A DNA stretch of 64,000 nucleotides, taken from assembly GCA_963759805.1 (NCBI GenBank), contig CAVXAT010000002.1, positions 96,001-160,000 on the forward strand, given 5' to 3'. The notes below the pieces were generated by a model. It saw only the letters and a list, made by a program, of their open reading frames with translations, did not search any database and was not told the DNA's origin. This document shows positions 10,341 through 22,214 of the stretch, one piece after another; the stretch's first letter is position 1, and the number at the start of each line of letters is the position of its first letter. Made by a program: the position numbers and the translations under genes. The stretch comes from an uncultured bacterium. GTDB lineage: Bacteria; Babelota; Babeliae; Babelales; RVW-14.

Positions 10341-11275
10341 TTATATTTAACCAAATCACTTTCCTGCAAAGGAGAATATGGCGCTATCTCTTTGCGAATA
10401 TGCCAGTCCACAATAGCATGTATTTCATTTGATTTTTTTGACTTATTTTTTGATTTGTTTAAGTTGTAACCATTGCGCGCATTTGTTCTGCTAGACTTAG
10501 CCCTTTTTCGACGGTTATAAAGATTGTGCCAATAACTGATTTGATTATCACAATTATAAATATATAAAACTTCTGGAATAAATCTTGAATGAAAGCCCGC
10601 CATTTCAAGCATAGGAAGCATAATTGCCACATCACCACAAACAGGTACAAACTTACCTTCAAACATTATATCTTGCATTTTTATTCGCTTGTACAACCAT
10701 GCATAAAAAGTTCTCAAATGCGAAGAAACCCAGGTATATGATCTAAAAGAATTAGCTTTTATAATTTCCGCAGGAATTTCCCTACAACATCCAACTTTAT
10801 TAGATGGATATCTTTGAAGTTGTCCATAAGTAATCCAAACATCCGGATCTGAATAAACTTTATTCAAAATTTCCAATACATCATCCCTGGCCAACCAATC
10901 ATCTCCATCTACAATCAAAATTATTTCCTCGTTCTTACATGAATGAATTGCATGATATATATTCTCATGCCCTCCAATTCTTGCTTTGTTTCTAATAATG
11001 CAAAACTTATCACCCAGATCAAATTTTTTCTTATACGCTTCAACAAATTCTCCAGTTCCGTCCTCAGAGCAATCATCATAATAAATCACGCGAAATGTAA
11101 ATTCCCTTTCATCACATTTTTGAGAAAAAATAGATTTTAAATATTTATCTACATAATCAATATTATTATATGATGCTGTAACAATAACAAATTTTTTGGG
11201 TTGTAATCCATTTTTCGCATGGACAGATCCACAATTAAAACATGCCAAAAAAATTAATATTATTATGTAAAACAT
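10337..11275 (-). CDS. GT2 family glycosyltransferase with signal peptide
   Basis: TASYNN, YDDCSEDGT, VDGDDW, SHLRTF; MFYIIILIFLAC. Confidence 0.85.
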   Translation of the reverse strand: MFYIIILIFLACFNCGSVHAKNGLQPKKFVIVTASYNNIDYVDKYLKSIFSQKCDEREFTFRVIYYDDCSEDGTGEFVEAYKKKFDLGDKFCIIRNKARIGGHENIYHAIHSCKNEEIILIVDGDDWLARDDVLEILNKVYSDPDVWITYGQLQRYPSNKVGCCREIPAEIIKANSFRSYTWVSSHLRTFYAWLYKRIKMQDIMFEGKFVPVCGDVAIMLPMLEMAGFHSRFIPEVLYIYNCDNQISYWHNLYNRRKRAKSSRTNARNGYNLNKSKNKSKKSNEIHAIVDWHIRKEIAPYSPLQESDLVKYN

Positions 11276-11283
11276 AAATACTC

Positions 11284-12326
11284 CTACAAATTTATAGACC
11301 TCAAACTTTTTAGTAACTTCTTTTTATCAAGCTTTACAATCCAACACTCATGGTCTTGTTTGCCATAGGATATCCAAATATACTTATCATCCAAAACTAA
11401 CCCCATAGGAAAAACAACACGTAAAGGTTTCCATGTTTTAGTTTCATAATCTTCACCATTATAAAAATCATCACAAACAATTGGGTTAGGACTAATATGG
11501 GTAATATTAAAAGGAGGATGTGGTTCAAACATATATGCACCCATAAAATAATGCGTAATCTTTTCTCCTTTTGAATAATCACTTTTGATACATTTAGACG
11601 AGTGGAAAAATGACAAATACTTTCCATCTACCATAAGAGCCGGCGTCCCACCTCTTAATTGCCCCCAATTCCATGGAACATTATGTTGAGAATATGCATA
11701 AGTTGTACACGACTCAGTCCCTTCTACAGGAAGAAAAACCTTGTGAGGAGAAATACTACCTGCAAGCAATAGATTGTTATCATATTGAAAAGGTACCCAA
11801 TTTTTTTCTATACGGTTTGAATCCGCATTTTCAAAATGCAACAAACACTCGGGATTATCCAAGAAAATGCTGTTTTCATCACAATGAATTTCGGCAATCA
11901 ACATTCTGCCGATTTGAAAATTATTGTACACCATATACAAACGATCATTAATAGTAATAAGTCGAGGATCTTGTTCTGCAAGTTTAGAATCTTTATGAAC
12001 AAAAAAAGTATTTTTTTTCTGATTACGTATTTCTAGTATGTATGGCTTGCTTTTGATATTAAAATTTTTATCGAGCCAAATAAGACCTATAGGTTTTACG
12101 GACTGTTTTTTCCATCATGTATGCGAAATGACATTAAAAAAGAATCTTGCCATCTAACAATTGATGGGTTAAAAACATAGGGATACTCAGAAATCTGAAT
12201 TCTTTTAGTTTCCAAAATAAAATCACATCTCATTGCGCTTAAGGCAACCGTTGATGCATAGCATGAAGAATTAAAAAGCAACAACAATAAAATTTTATAA
12301 AAAATTGTCTGTCGAGTAAAAATCAT
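11284..12326 (-). pseudogene. Beta-propeller glycan enzyme (Bmt/GT91- or GH130-like), frameshifted near 12100
   Basis: FNPSI, QDPRL, EKNWVPF, RGGTPA, FFHS, VVFPMG, YGKQD; ORFs 12096-12326 and 11284-11940 join through a continuous middle frame. Confidence 0.65.
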
Positions 12327-12375
12327 GATTCAAACCTTTCTTATATTGCATTTTCATGTTTTTTCTGTAGCTCTT

Positions 12376-13278
12376 TTATCTGCAAAGATTCCTGCATTTT
12401 TTTCTTATTTTTCCAGACATTTTTCGTTCACTATTACTTCCCCAACAATCAAATGGAAATGCTGCATAAAGTTTTTCAAGATCACATTCAAACGGAGGCT
12501 CACCTCCAAGCCTCAATGCCTCTTCAACAGAAGTTGCAAAACGAAAATTCGGACGATTTGTACCTGCATAATAATCTTTATATTTAAATATTGGTTCATT
12601 TTCAGTAATTCTAAGCATTCTAGCTGGAATGTTATAAGCTTCTGCAACAATTAACCCATGCATCGCACTTGATATAACAAACTTACTATCTAATATTTTT
12701 TCAATTACCTCATCCCATGGATCTGTTGGATAAACAACATTTTTGTACTTCTTTTTAGGAAATAACTTCTGCTCTGTATAATGAGGAATAATAATATAAT
12801 CATACAATGGCGATTTTTTCTTTTTAAATTCAGGAAAAAAATATGGTAAAAGCAGAACAGGATCACCATAAACTTCCGGACAATCTATATTAAAGTTTTT
12901 CATTATAAACTGACGTGTTAAAGGCCCTCTTACTGCACGAATATCAAGACTCGTAAATGTATAATCGGATTTATTTAAACGCTTACCGCTTACACCGGAA
13001 CCCCATATAATGTCACCATCAGAGGCCTTAGCAAAAATAGATCCAACAGCAAGAAGCTTTTTTTGTTTTGCACCAATCTTTGTTTTAATTGGCCGCCCAA
13101 CTATTCTTTCTACTAATTTTAAAGAAAGATAATCACCGAAATTAACAAACGACTCCCTCAATTGCCAATAAAAAAGAGGAATTCCTTTATTTGCAGATAC
13201 ATCATTTTTCCCATTACTCGTACAAAAAGAAGCCAAGGATGCAGCTAATATTAGTAACTTAATATTAAAATTTATCAT
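12376..13278 (-). CDS. Polysaccharide pyruvyl transferase family protein with signal peptide
   Basis: NFGDYL, AVRGPLT, YGDPVLL, MHGLIVAEAY, FKYKDYY. Confidence 0.85.
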   Translation of the reverse strand: MINFNIKLLILAASLASFCTSNGKNDVSANKGIPLFYWQLRESFVNFGDYLSLKLVERIVGRPIKTKIGAKQKKLLAVGSIFAKASDGDIIWGSGVSGKRLNKSDYTFTSLDIRAVRGPLTRQFIMKNFNIDCPEVYGDPVLLLPYFFPEFKKKKSPLYDYIIIPHYTEQKLFPKKKYKNVVYPTDPWDEVIEKILDSKFVISSAMHGLIVAEAYNIPARMLRITENEPIFKYKDYYAGTNRPNFRFATSVEEALRLGGEPPFECDLEKLYAAFPFDCWGSNSERKMSGKIRKKCRNLCR

Positions 13279-14074
13279 GAGGGAAACTTTCTAATAATAA
13301 CTTTAGATCAATAACAGGTTTGGATTCTCCTCCCATTTTGAGTGCTTCTTCCAAAGAATAAGCAATGTGGAAGTTTGTCCTACCAGTTCCATAATAATAA
13401 TCTTTATACTTTAAAATATTTTCTTTTTTGGTTATTCGAAGTAATCGTGCTGGTATGCCAAATGCCTCTGCAACAATGATGCCGTGCAAAGATCCTGTTA
13501 TTACAAATTTTGCTTTTAAAATTTTTTCAACAACGGTCATACAACCTTCCGTAGGAAGCACCAAGTTGGGAAACTTTTTAAATTCTTCTATCTCATTTAT
13601 ATTTGGGATAACAATATATTCCATAGTTGGATTCACTTTTAATTCTGGAAAAAGCAATGGCATTAGTAAAGCAGGATCGCCATAAATCTCGGGACATCTG
13701 ATGCCTTTTGATATTAAAAACTTTCTCGTCAAAGGTCCTCTAACAGATCGCACATCTAAACGGGTAAACTTATGGTTCTTGAGTGGAATTTTACCATTAA
13801 GGCCACTTCCCCAAATAACATCATTATCTTGCGCAAAATGTAAAATAGAACCTAATGCAAGCATTCGCTGGCTATAGTTTTTGTTCTCTATTAGAGGTTT
13901 TTTAATAATTCTTTCTATAATTTTTGGCGAAAGAGCGTCCCCAAAATTAGATGCAAATTTCGCAGGCTTAAAATAAACCAACGATACATTTTGCTCTGCT
14001 TTTAAGATATTAGCAGCTACATCTATTAGAAACACATGTAATAACGCTACTACAATGATAAAAAATCTATTCAT
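13265..14074 (-). CDS. Polysaccharide pyruvyl transferase family protein with signal peptide
   Basis: NFGDAL, SVRGPLT, YGDPALL, LHGIIVAEAF; tandem paralog of the preceding gene. Confidence 0.85.
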   Translation of the reverse strand: MNRFFIIVVALLHVFLIDVAANILKAEQNVSLVYFKPAKFASNFGDALSPKIIERIIKKPLIENKNYSQRMLALGSILHFAQDNDVIWGSGLNGKIPLKNHKFTRLDVRSVRGPLTRKFLISKGIRCPEIYGDPALLMPLLFPELKVNPTMEYIVIPNINEIEEFKKFPNLVLPTEGCMTVVEKILKAKFVITGSLHGIIVAEAFGIPARLLRITKKENILKYKDYYYGTGRTNFHIAYSLEEALKMGGESKPVIDLKLLLESFPHDKF

Positions 14075-14083
14075 ATCTCTACT

Positions 14084-15383
14084 TTACTTTATTTTTTTAT
14101 CTTTTATAAACACTTTTTCTAAAAATACTTTTCTTCTGTTTTGTACAATCTTATAAATTTTTTTATATAAAGAAATTAAGCGGCTTAAACTAACATCTAT
14201 TGTACAATTTTCAGAAACAAAATCATATGCATTTTGCGCCAATAAATCTGCAAATTTTTTGTCATCAAGAAGCCTTTTTATTTGCATGGCCAAATCAATT
14301 TCATTATCAACGTCAAACAGTAAACCCGTCTTCTCATGTTGTATAATATAATCAGCCGGAAATCTGCCGCGCGAGACAAAATTATAGGGCACTTCATTAA
14401 TGCAGCTTCCATTAAAACTATACCAAACGCTTCCTTTTTGCTTGGTAAAACTCTGCATATCAGAAAAAAATAACAGTTCAGGGATTTTATCAGTAAAACC
14501 TAAAAAATTTACATACTCTTTTATTTCAAGTTTATTTGCTACAGCAGAAAGCTCCTCTATTCTTTTAGCAAAGCCACTTCCTGCAAATACAGCTTGAACT
14601 TCTATGTTGTGTTTTTTAATTAACTCATGCATTGCTTTTATTAATATTTCATGATTTTTATACTCATACAAATTTGCAACAACACATATAATTGGGCATG
14701 GTTTTATATTTAAATTAAAAGTTTTCTTAAAAAACTCTTTTCTTCTTTCTAAATACTGTTGAAAAATTTTCACAAGTGTTTCATCAAAAAATGGCGCCAA
14801 TAATTCAATAAATTTTATATTTCTACTTTCTTTCTTTTTTAACAAGACTAAATGAAACCGGACTAACAGCGATGAAACCCTCCATATTTCTGTATTTTGA
14901 AAGACCAGGCTGTATTGAATTATGATAATGAGCCACCATTCCTATCTTAAAAATATCACACACTTCACGAACAACCTCTAATTCATTAGATGCATTACAA
15001 TGAATTATATCAGGACAATCCTTATTGCAAAAATCAATAAGCGCTTCTTTCAAACATTTATAAAAAACATCAGGATCACTCGATTTAAACGTATGATACT
15101 TAAGATTTGTATTTTTTGCTTTAAGATAAGAATCGAAATGACCAGGAAGAAGAATATTGATTTTCATGCCGAACTCATTTAAATGAGCATACATATCCCA
15201 AGCACACTCTTGGACCCCACCCCAAAACTTATCTCCCAAAACTACTAATAAAATCTTCGGCCCCGACGATTTTGCTTTGTTACTTTTTTCGCAAGATAAA
15301 TATTCAAATATCCCGATAAAAGCACCCAATATTGCTATCATCAAAAAACTATAATTTCTAAATTTAAGCCTATTCACAATCAT
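14084..15383 (-). pseudogene. GT4 glycosyltransferase, three or more frameshifts
   Basis: N-terminal WGGVQ; the catalytic VLPSKKEAFGIVLMEAALMKCPIILSR motif lies in an alternative frame between compensating shifts at about 14455 and 14365; a further shift at about 14840. Confidence 0.75.
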
Positions 15384-15407
15384 ATACTCTTTAGCGAGCT
15401 AAGTGTA

Positions 15408-16640
15408 TTAATAAATGTAATCACGATAAGAAACGTCCACTTTGTCAATCAGCAAGACTGATTCATTAATCCATCGAGCATGTTTAGGGAATATGATAAT
15501 CTTGTGATACCCTAAAAGAGATGCACACATAGAATAATTAGATTCTGGACGGATCAGACAATCAAACTGAAACATACCATAAAAGTCCTCTACGACATTA
15601 CAATCATCTGAATTACCTTCAGTTCTGCAACTCCAGATAATATTGGGGAGATTTACTCTTTTTTTAAATTCGTTCATAAGCGGAACAGTATCCTTCGTCA
15701 GTGAAAAGATGCACAAATAGAGGAATATTGCCAAGAAATTTCGACAGCCTTATTATTTGATCAACAAAATACTGTTTAGGTGGAACTTTAAGAGGATAGG
15801 CCTTATCAACCGGCATTTTTCTTGTTGGCATTATCAGCGGCATCTTCTTATCACCAAGATCTTCACTATTACAAGGATCTTTACTATTATAATATTGCTG
15901 TGAAACAGTTTTTGCATCAGTCCCAGACCTGCGCGAACATGAACAGCAACAGTAACAATATCACGAGGATTTTTAACAGCAATCTGATTTATGGGTTTTA
16001 ACATTTTCTTCAATTCTGAACCAAATGGTTCTTGTAATGATAAAAGGTACAGTTGCGAACCTGATAACCCCAAATGTCCGCATTTTTTGATATGTTGTTT
16101 TATCTTGATATCTTGTTTTTCAGATACTTTTTTGAGACCTTTTTTCCATAATTTAATGGTGGAACAATTTAACCTCGTTTTAAACTTGCATATAAACAAT
16201 GTAGGCATTTTTGCCTCTTTTAGAGCAGTAACCAGTTGACTTTCTTCCTCAATAATAATCCCTTGGGAATAGGGCTCATTGAATGGCATTTTTTCATTGA
16301 ATTTTGCACAAATTTAACCAATTCCTCACTCGCATGCTTTTCAGCATGAAACAGTTAATTCTTGTGAATATTTAAAGGGAATAAATAGAAATGGAAGTTT
16401 ATATTTATATGAAAGCCATTTTGTTTTACTATATCCACAAATTTGATCTCCAAATCGAGACCCAGTTGGATTATATGTTATAGCATGCTTGTATTTATAA
16501 TTTGGTTTATTATTTGAACATATCCCTGATGAATAAATAAAACAAAGAAACAATACTGCAATATGAGTATTTTTTTTTCGAATAAAAAAGCTAAGAAGAA
16601 TGCATAATAAATTTCCCATTTTTAACAGTATTTCAAACAT
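15408..16640 (-). pseudogene. Fucosyltransferase-like (GT11/GT23-type) protein split by several frameshifts
   Basis: GSRFGDQ near the N-terminus, VAVHVRAGxG motif, C-terminal DCLIRPESNYS; three ORF pieces. Confidence 0.55.
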
Positions 16641-16641
16641 A

Positions 16642-17771
16642 TTAATTTATGTGATCGCTAACGCTGTCCATGTATTTGTAGAGCATTTTTTTGTTTATGG
16701 AAACCAATCTAATTGCTGAATCATTATCACCACCAACAATATGAAAAATCTTACACCCTCCTTCTTCACTCACAACAAAGCCGCATGGAAAGAACGATCT
16801 AACGTCCCTTTTGCTGTTGGCAAACCAAACGTTTTTGGATGGCTTATGCGTATAAAACTCTCGTGAAATAATAGGAAAACGTGAGATGCGCTTTATACTA
16901 AATGGAAATTTATTTTCGAACGTCATTGCACCAAAAACATAGATCCTATCGATACCTTGAGTGATACAACTATGAAAAAAAGTTAGATATTCATTATCCA
17001 CAAGGAGCGCTGCCTGTTCCTCCTCTTATTGTTCCCCATCTGTCTTCCCAACTTTCTCGCAAAAAATCTGAGTATTTATCGGTCTCAACAATTTTTTTCA
17101 ATGTATAAAAACGATCAAAGAGCAACAACGGTGTAAGGGGCAAACTGGTACACAAACCCAATGTTGTTATTAATGTTTTGATTATTGAAATTATCACTAC
17201 TATTTTCTGCAAAAGAAAATGCAGTCCAATTTTTCTCCCAAAAGACATAGGAGAAAAGCGCAAAATCTTCGTATTCTCTTTTTGAGGAATTAGCTTTTTA
17301 CCATGATTAAGCAAATCGCCAAGTCTACTTATACCAAACGAAAATGTAAAAGATTTTTTTCCTTTTTTCATAACATCTTCCAAAAATGTATATGTTAGAT
17401 ATATATCATTATTGCAAGTAAAAAGCCTGGCATCTCTTGCTCCTTTTATTCTTTTATCCAACAAAGACAAATCTAGAAACATAGATGAGCCTTGTTGCTG
17501 AAAATTTTGATCAAATATTGCCAACCCCAATTCCACCTTTCCATGTGGCCTGTTATTACGGAATGACAATAAAAATTCATCACTATATTTAATGATGGAT
17601 GCATTGCATGGACTAGTAATACCGGAGACCTCAATAACCTTAGTATTTTTTATAACTCCAATATCCTCGGCATAGGGAACATTAATAAAGTGCTTTTCGA
17701 ATTTTTTGATATGAAAAGAGTAAGCCGAAACAAAAAGTAGGGAAAAAAACAAAATAAAAAATTGACTTCAC
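16642..17771 (-). pseudogene. Beta-propeller glycan enzyme (Bmt/GH130-like), several frameshifts
   Basis: NASII, DARL, WEKNWTAF (alternative frame), IRGGT, FFHS, FFPCGFVV, GGDND. Confidence 0.65.
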
Positions 17772-17839
17772 GTTCAATAACTCCCTTCAAAAAATCAATT
17801 CTACTTTTAAAATTATTTATTCAAAAAATACCATTATAA

Positions 17840-19518
17840 TTACAATTTACCATACCTTGGCATATTACGAATATATTTATCTAATGAAATCTGAAGATCA
17901 GTGTTTGTTTTAATATCATTCCATGGTGTGTCAAAATTATAAACATGCAAAACATCTTCAATAAACATAAATCTATTACCGGCCATTTCAAGCATTGGAA
18001 ACATGATAGCCAAATCACCCGTCATAGACATAAACGCACCTTCAAACAACAAGTCTTCTCGTTTAATTTTTTTGTACAACCAAGTATAAAATGTTCTTAA
18101 ATGCGATGTAATCCACCTGTAATTTCTATAATCCCGATTTGATATGATATCATCCGGAAATTTTTGGCAAAGGCCACTGACACCCTTAGGAAATCTAATA
18201 TACTGCCCATAGGTAAGCCAAATATTTGGATCATCATAAACTTTATTTAATAAGTCGAGAACATGGTCATGCGCAAGCCAATCATCTCCATCAAGAATTA
18301 TAATTATATCTTTATCGTCACACATATGAATTGCGCGATAAATATTGGCAACAGCCCCAAGTCTCTCTGTATTCTTAATTAACAAAATTTTATTTTCTAA
18401 CTTTCGTTCTTTAATGTACTGTTCAACTAGGTTTCCAGTTCCATCAGGAGAGACATCATCTGTATAAATAACATGATAATTTTTATATTTTTGAGAAATT
18501 ACTGAGTCTAAATTTGACTTATACCACTGCTTATTATTGTAGGAGGCAATGACAAAAACAAAATGTTTATCTTCTTGTGTCTTCTTATTTTTCAATTTTT
18601 CCCACAACGGTCCCTTCTCATTGGCTCTTGGAACAAAAGAGACTTCATATGAGATATTGGACGATTTATTATTCATCCCATAAAACGTATTTATATTAAT
18701 CTTAAACCCTGAATTAAAAATACGTAAAAGCTTATTTTCTAAAAAATCTTTGATAGTCTCATCTTCTTTTAACTTATTTTGAAGAATAAGAGGGGTCAGC
18801 ATTATTGCTTTAGATTTACAAAAACACGCCATACTTAAATTTTTATTGATATGCTGTGACCATGCAGCCTTAAAATCTTTTGTTGGTTTAGAATTCAACC
18901 CACGCAAAAGAGTGTCTAAGATTATTTTTCTTTCATAAACAACCATGTCAACCAACTTGGCAAATGAACCCTTCACAAAATCCTGTATCTTCCAAGACAG
19001 AACATTTTCACCAATCTGTTTTATTTTTTTAGAAAGAATTAAAGAATCTTTTGTAATATTTTCCCCAAGACTCAAACAAAGGCCGAAAACATCAGATTCT
19101 TTGAAAGCACAAGCACAATCTCCAAAATTAACACGCTCTTTTACAATAATGCCATCAACTGTAAGAGCAACATATTTAGTCTTTATGTGCTTTATTAAAA
19201 GAGAACAAAGGACAGACTTTAAATTTGAATTTTTCACGTCTCCTACATACCTAATCATTGCCACACCGAGAAATTCTTGGCTTATATTTTCATAAGCCTT
19301 TTCAAATTTATCATCACTAGCTGAATAAAGAACAAAAATCTTATTGTATCCATTAACATACAACTTAATAGATTCCAGACATGCATACAATTTTATAGGA
19401 CAGTTGTTTGAGATCACAATTATATCGACATCATTTGTTTTTGATTTTTTTCTTGCTCACCGGAGCAATCCACAAAACTCAAAAAAATTATTACCCAAAG
19501 CAAATGAACGCTCTTCAT
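17840..19518 (-). CDS. Two-domain glycosyltransferase (GT-A-like domain fused to GT2); signal-peptide segment separated by a 1-nt shift in an A-run near 19445
   Basis: N-domain resembles 24499..25440 (LYACLESIK); C-domain IASYNN, TDDVSPDGT, LDGDDW; upstream MKSVHLLWVIIFLSFVDC. Confidence 0.8.
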
Positions 19519-19541
19519 AAATCAACTCTCCAAATCCAATA

Positions 19542-20834
19542 TCAATTACTTAACATAAAAACACGATTATAAAGATCAATGTACAAATCTAAGACGCAGC
19601 TTTTTGAAAAATTATTCATAACATGGTTAAACGCTGAATTACCAAACTTACCTCTTAATTCTGTAGACTGAACCAATGTTTTAATCTTTAATGAGATATT
19701 TTCGAATATTTTAGGATCACATAACAGGCCTGATTCATTGTCTTTTATAACCAAGCCGGCAGCTCCGGCATTTTTCGATAAAATAATGGCTTTGTGCATA
19801 AAAGCAGCCTCTAAAATTGTAATAGAAAAAGCTTCTCCAATGCTAGGCAAAATAACAATATCAGAATGAAACATAAGGCTTGGAATATCGTTAACAAAAC
19901 CCAAAAAATGAACAAAATCATTTAAACCTAAATCAGAACAAAGTTTTTTTAACTCTTTATCCCTTGATTGCGTGGAAGCATTTCCCGCTAAAACACATTG
20001 AACTTTAATATTTTCTTTGTAAATAAGGTTATGCAAGGCATGCAAAAGCCCTTCATGATTCTTGCATTTATAAAAATTTGCAACCATAGATACCAAAGGG
20101 GAATCATTTAATTTTATTCCAAAATTTGTCTTGAAAAATAACTCTTTTGACAATGTAGGAACAAAGTTTAAAAATTTATCATCATTACAGATCGGTGGTA
20201 TAAATTCTATAGTTCCTACATCTAGTTTTTCATTTTTTCTTTTTTTATTCAAAATATTACAAATATCAGGACTTGCTAAAACTAATACATCTGCTCCGTT
20301 ATAACATTTAGCAGGTGGAACCTTATAATAATGATACTGCTGAATAACTTTTAAATTCAAAGTTTTCGCAACCTTTTTTGCCACATCAAATTCAAAAGAT
20401 ACCCCATGAGTATGAATAATCTTAATATTTAAATCTTTACAAATTTGATGAGTTGCAAAATAAAACAGATTAAATTTGTCTTTTGCAGAGATATTATCGT
20501 TATATGAAATAACATAATGCGGCAATTTTTCATCCACTAATCGCTGCTGTAAACTAGTCCCTTTCAACACAGCCAGATGCACATTAAACCCTTTTTCCAA
20601 TAAGCCTTTATAAAGGCTTAAAACGTGGTGCTGAACGCCACTTTCAGCAGGATGAAATCTAACAATCAGAACGGCAGGCTTATTCTTGGACAAAATTAAT
20701 TTTTCTTTATGATCAAAATTTATAAATTCAAAATCAGAACTCTTTGCTGGAAGGTCTTTGGCATGAATATTATATGAAAATATTGTTGATTGCAAAAATA
20801 GGAACATCGATATAAAAAGTATATTTCTTTTCAT
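19542..20834 (-). CDS. GT4 family glycosyltransferase with signal peptide
   Basis: LPSIGEAFSITILEA; MKRNILFISMFLFLQSTIFS. Confidence 0.85.
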   Translation of the reverse strand: MKRNILFISMFLFLQSTIFSYNIHAKDLPAKSSDFEFINFDHKEKLILSKNKPAVLIVRFHPAESGVQHHVLSLYKGLLEKGFNVHLAVLKGTSLQQRLVDEKLPHYVISYNDNISAKDKFNLFYFATHQICKDLNIKIIHTHGVSFEFDVAKKVAKTLNLKVIQQYHYYKVPPAKCYNGADVLVLASPDICNILNKKRKNEKLDVGTIEFIPPICNDDKFLNFVPTLSKELFFKTNFGIKLNDSPLVSMVANFYKCKNHEGLLHALHNLIYKENIKVQCVLAGNASTQSRDKELKKLCSDLGLNDFVHFLGFVNDIPSLMFHSDIVILPSIGEAFSITILEAAFMHKAIILSKNAGAAGLVIKDNESGLLCDPKIFENISLKIKTLVQSTELRGKFGNSAFNHVMNNFSKSCVLDLYIDLYNRVFMLSN

Positions 20835-21131
20835 TACATACCCTCTAATCACAAAGATTTCGCCTCGTAAATACCCTTTTTTTATTAGCATAAATTTATC
20901 AGTGCAAAAACATTAAGTAAACAATTTTTTATTGAGTTAAATTTGACTTCGTCATGGCTATCACTTATGTATAAACGCCCAAACCAATTTGCAAAATACA
21001 AGTTAATACGCAATTATCATACTTTAATCTTAGTTTATTGCTATTAGCCATATTTCTTTGATAAAAGTAAATCAATGTTGCATTCATTGGTTTAAAGTTT
21101 TTATCAAAAAGGAACTTATGAGGAGAAAAAA

Positions 21132-22157
21132 ATGAAAATTTTACAAATTTTATTACTTAGTGGCTGTTTTATTGCCCAAGTTAACCTATGTAACAATATT
21201 CAGGCACAAGTTAAGTCTGATAAACATGTTATAGGAGCTAGAAAATGTGGATTTTTTTCTGAATTTTTAGGAGTACTTGCACACATTGCATGGTGCGAGG
21301 AAGCTGGAAAAAAACCGGTTGTATTTTGGGATAAAAAATTTGTTTATTATGAACCGGATGGTTGGAATAATATACAAAATGCATGGGAGTACTATTTTGA
21401 GCCTATTTGCAATGCTAAATATGAACCAACTGACATTGTTGATTACAAATTTCAAGCCCCAAATGGATTTTTTTTCCCATGGAGCGATTTTCGTAATATA
21501 GAGATAATGCGACCTCTGGCACACAGTATCATCAAAAAATATATAAAAATAAAGCCCTATGTTTTGGATATAGTGGACGATTTTCATAAAAAAACTATGA
21601 AAAATTGCATCACAATTGGAATCCATTTGAGAGGCACAAACAAAGGAACTGAAGCTAAAACTGAAATAAACCCTGCAAACCTTATTAAAAAGGCACAAGA
21701 GTATGCCTACCTGGCCGCATCAACAGGAAAAAATGTAAAATATTTGGTGGCATCTGATGAACAAAAGTTGATTGATTTTGCAAAAAAAGAATTGACTCGG
21801 CAGAGTGATGATACTGTACATGGAGAAGTTATAAGCTATACAGCAGAAAGATCAAAGGGAACGGAGACAAATTATTATACTTTCTTGGGCACGAAAAAAG
21901 AGAATGGCTTTTTTGCTAAACGAGGCCTGGACGTTTTAGTTGAAGTTTTATTACTTTCACAATGTTCATATTTTGTTCATACGAGATCAAACGTTTCGAC
22001 AGCAGTAATTTTCTTTAATCCGAATTTAATCCATTATCAATTTGATGGATTTGCAAAAATGCAAGAACAAGTCAAAACAAAGCCGACAACAACCAAACCT
22101 GCTGCAACCAAACCAACAACAAAGCCGGCGAATTTAAAAATTAAGAATAAAAAGTAG
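21132..22157 (+). CDS. NodZ/GT23-like fucosyltransferase with signal peptide
   Basis: CGFFSEF, NAWEYYFEP, GIHLRGT, LVASD, SNVS; TKPTT/TKPAA low-complexity tail. Confidence 0.75.
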   Translation: MKILQILLLSGCFIAQVNLCNNIQAQVKSDKHVIGARKCGFFSEFLGVLAHIAWCEEAGKKPVVFWDKKFVYYEPDGWNNIQNAWEYYFEPICNAKYEPTDIVDYKFQAPNGFFFPWSDFRNIEIMRPLAHSIIKKYIKIKPYVLDIVDDFHKKTMKNCITIGIHLRGTNKGTEAKTEINPANLIKKAQEYAYLAASTGKNVKYLVASDEQKLIDFAKKELTRQSDDTVHGEVISYTAERSKGTETNYYTFLGTKKENGFFAKRGLDVLVEVLLLSQCSYFVHTRSNVSTAVIFFNPNLIHYQFDGFAKMQEQVKTKPTTTKPAATKPTTKPANLKIKNKK

Positions 22158-22214
22158 ATAAACAATTAGGAGTAATACAAAAAATAGTTGGTAATTATCA
22201 GGGGAGGGGGACTT

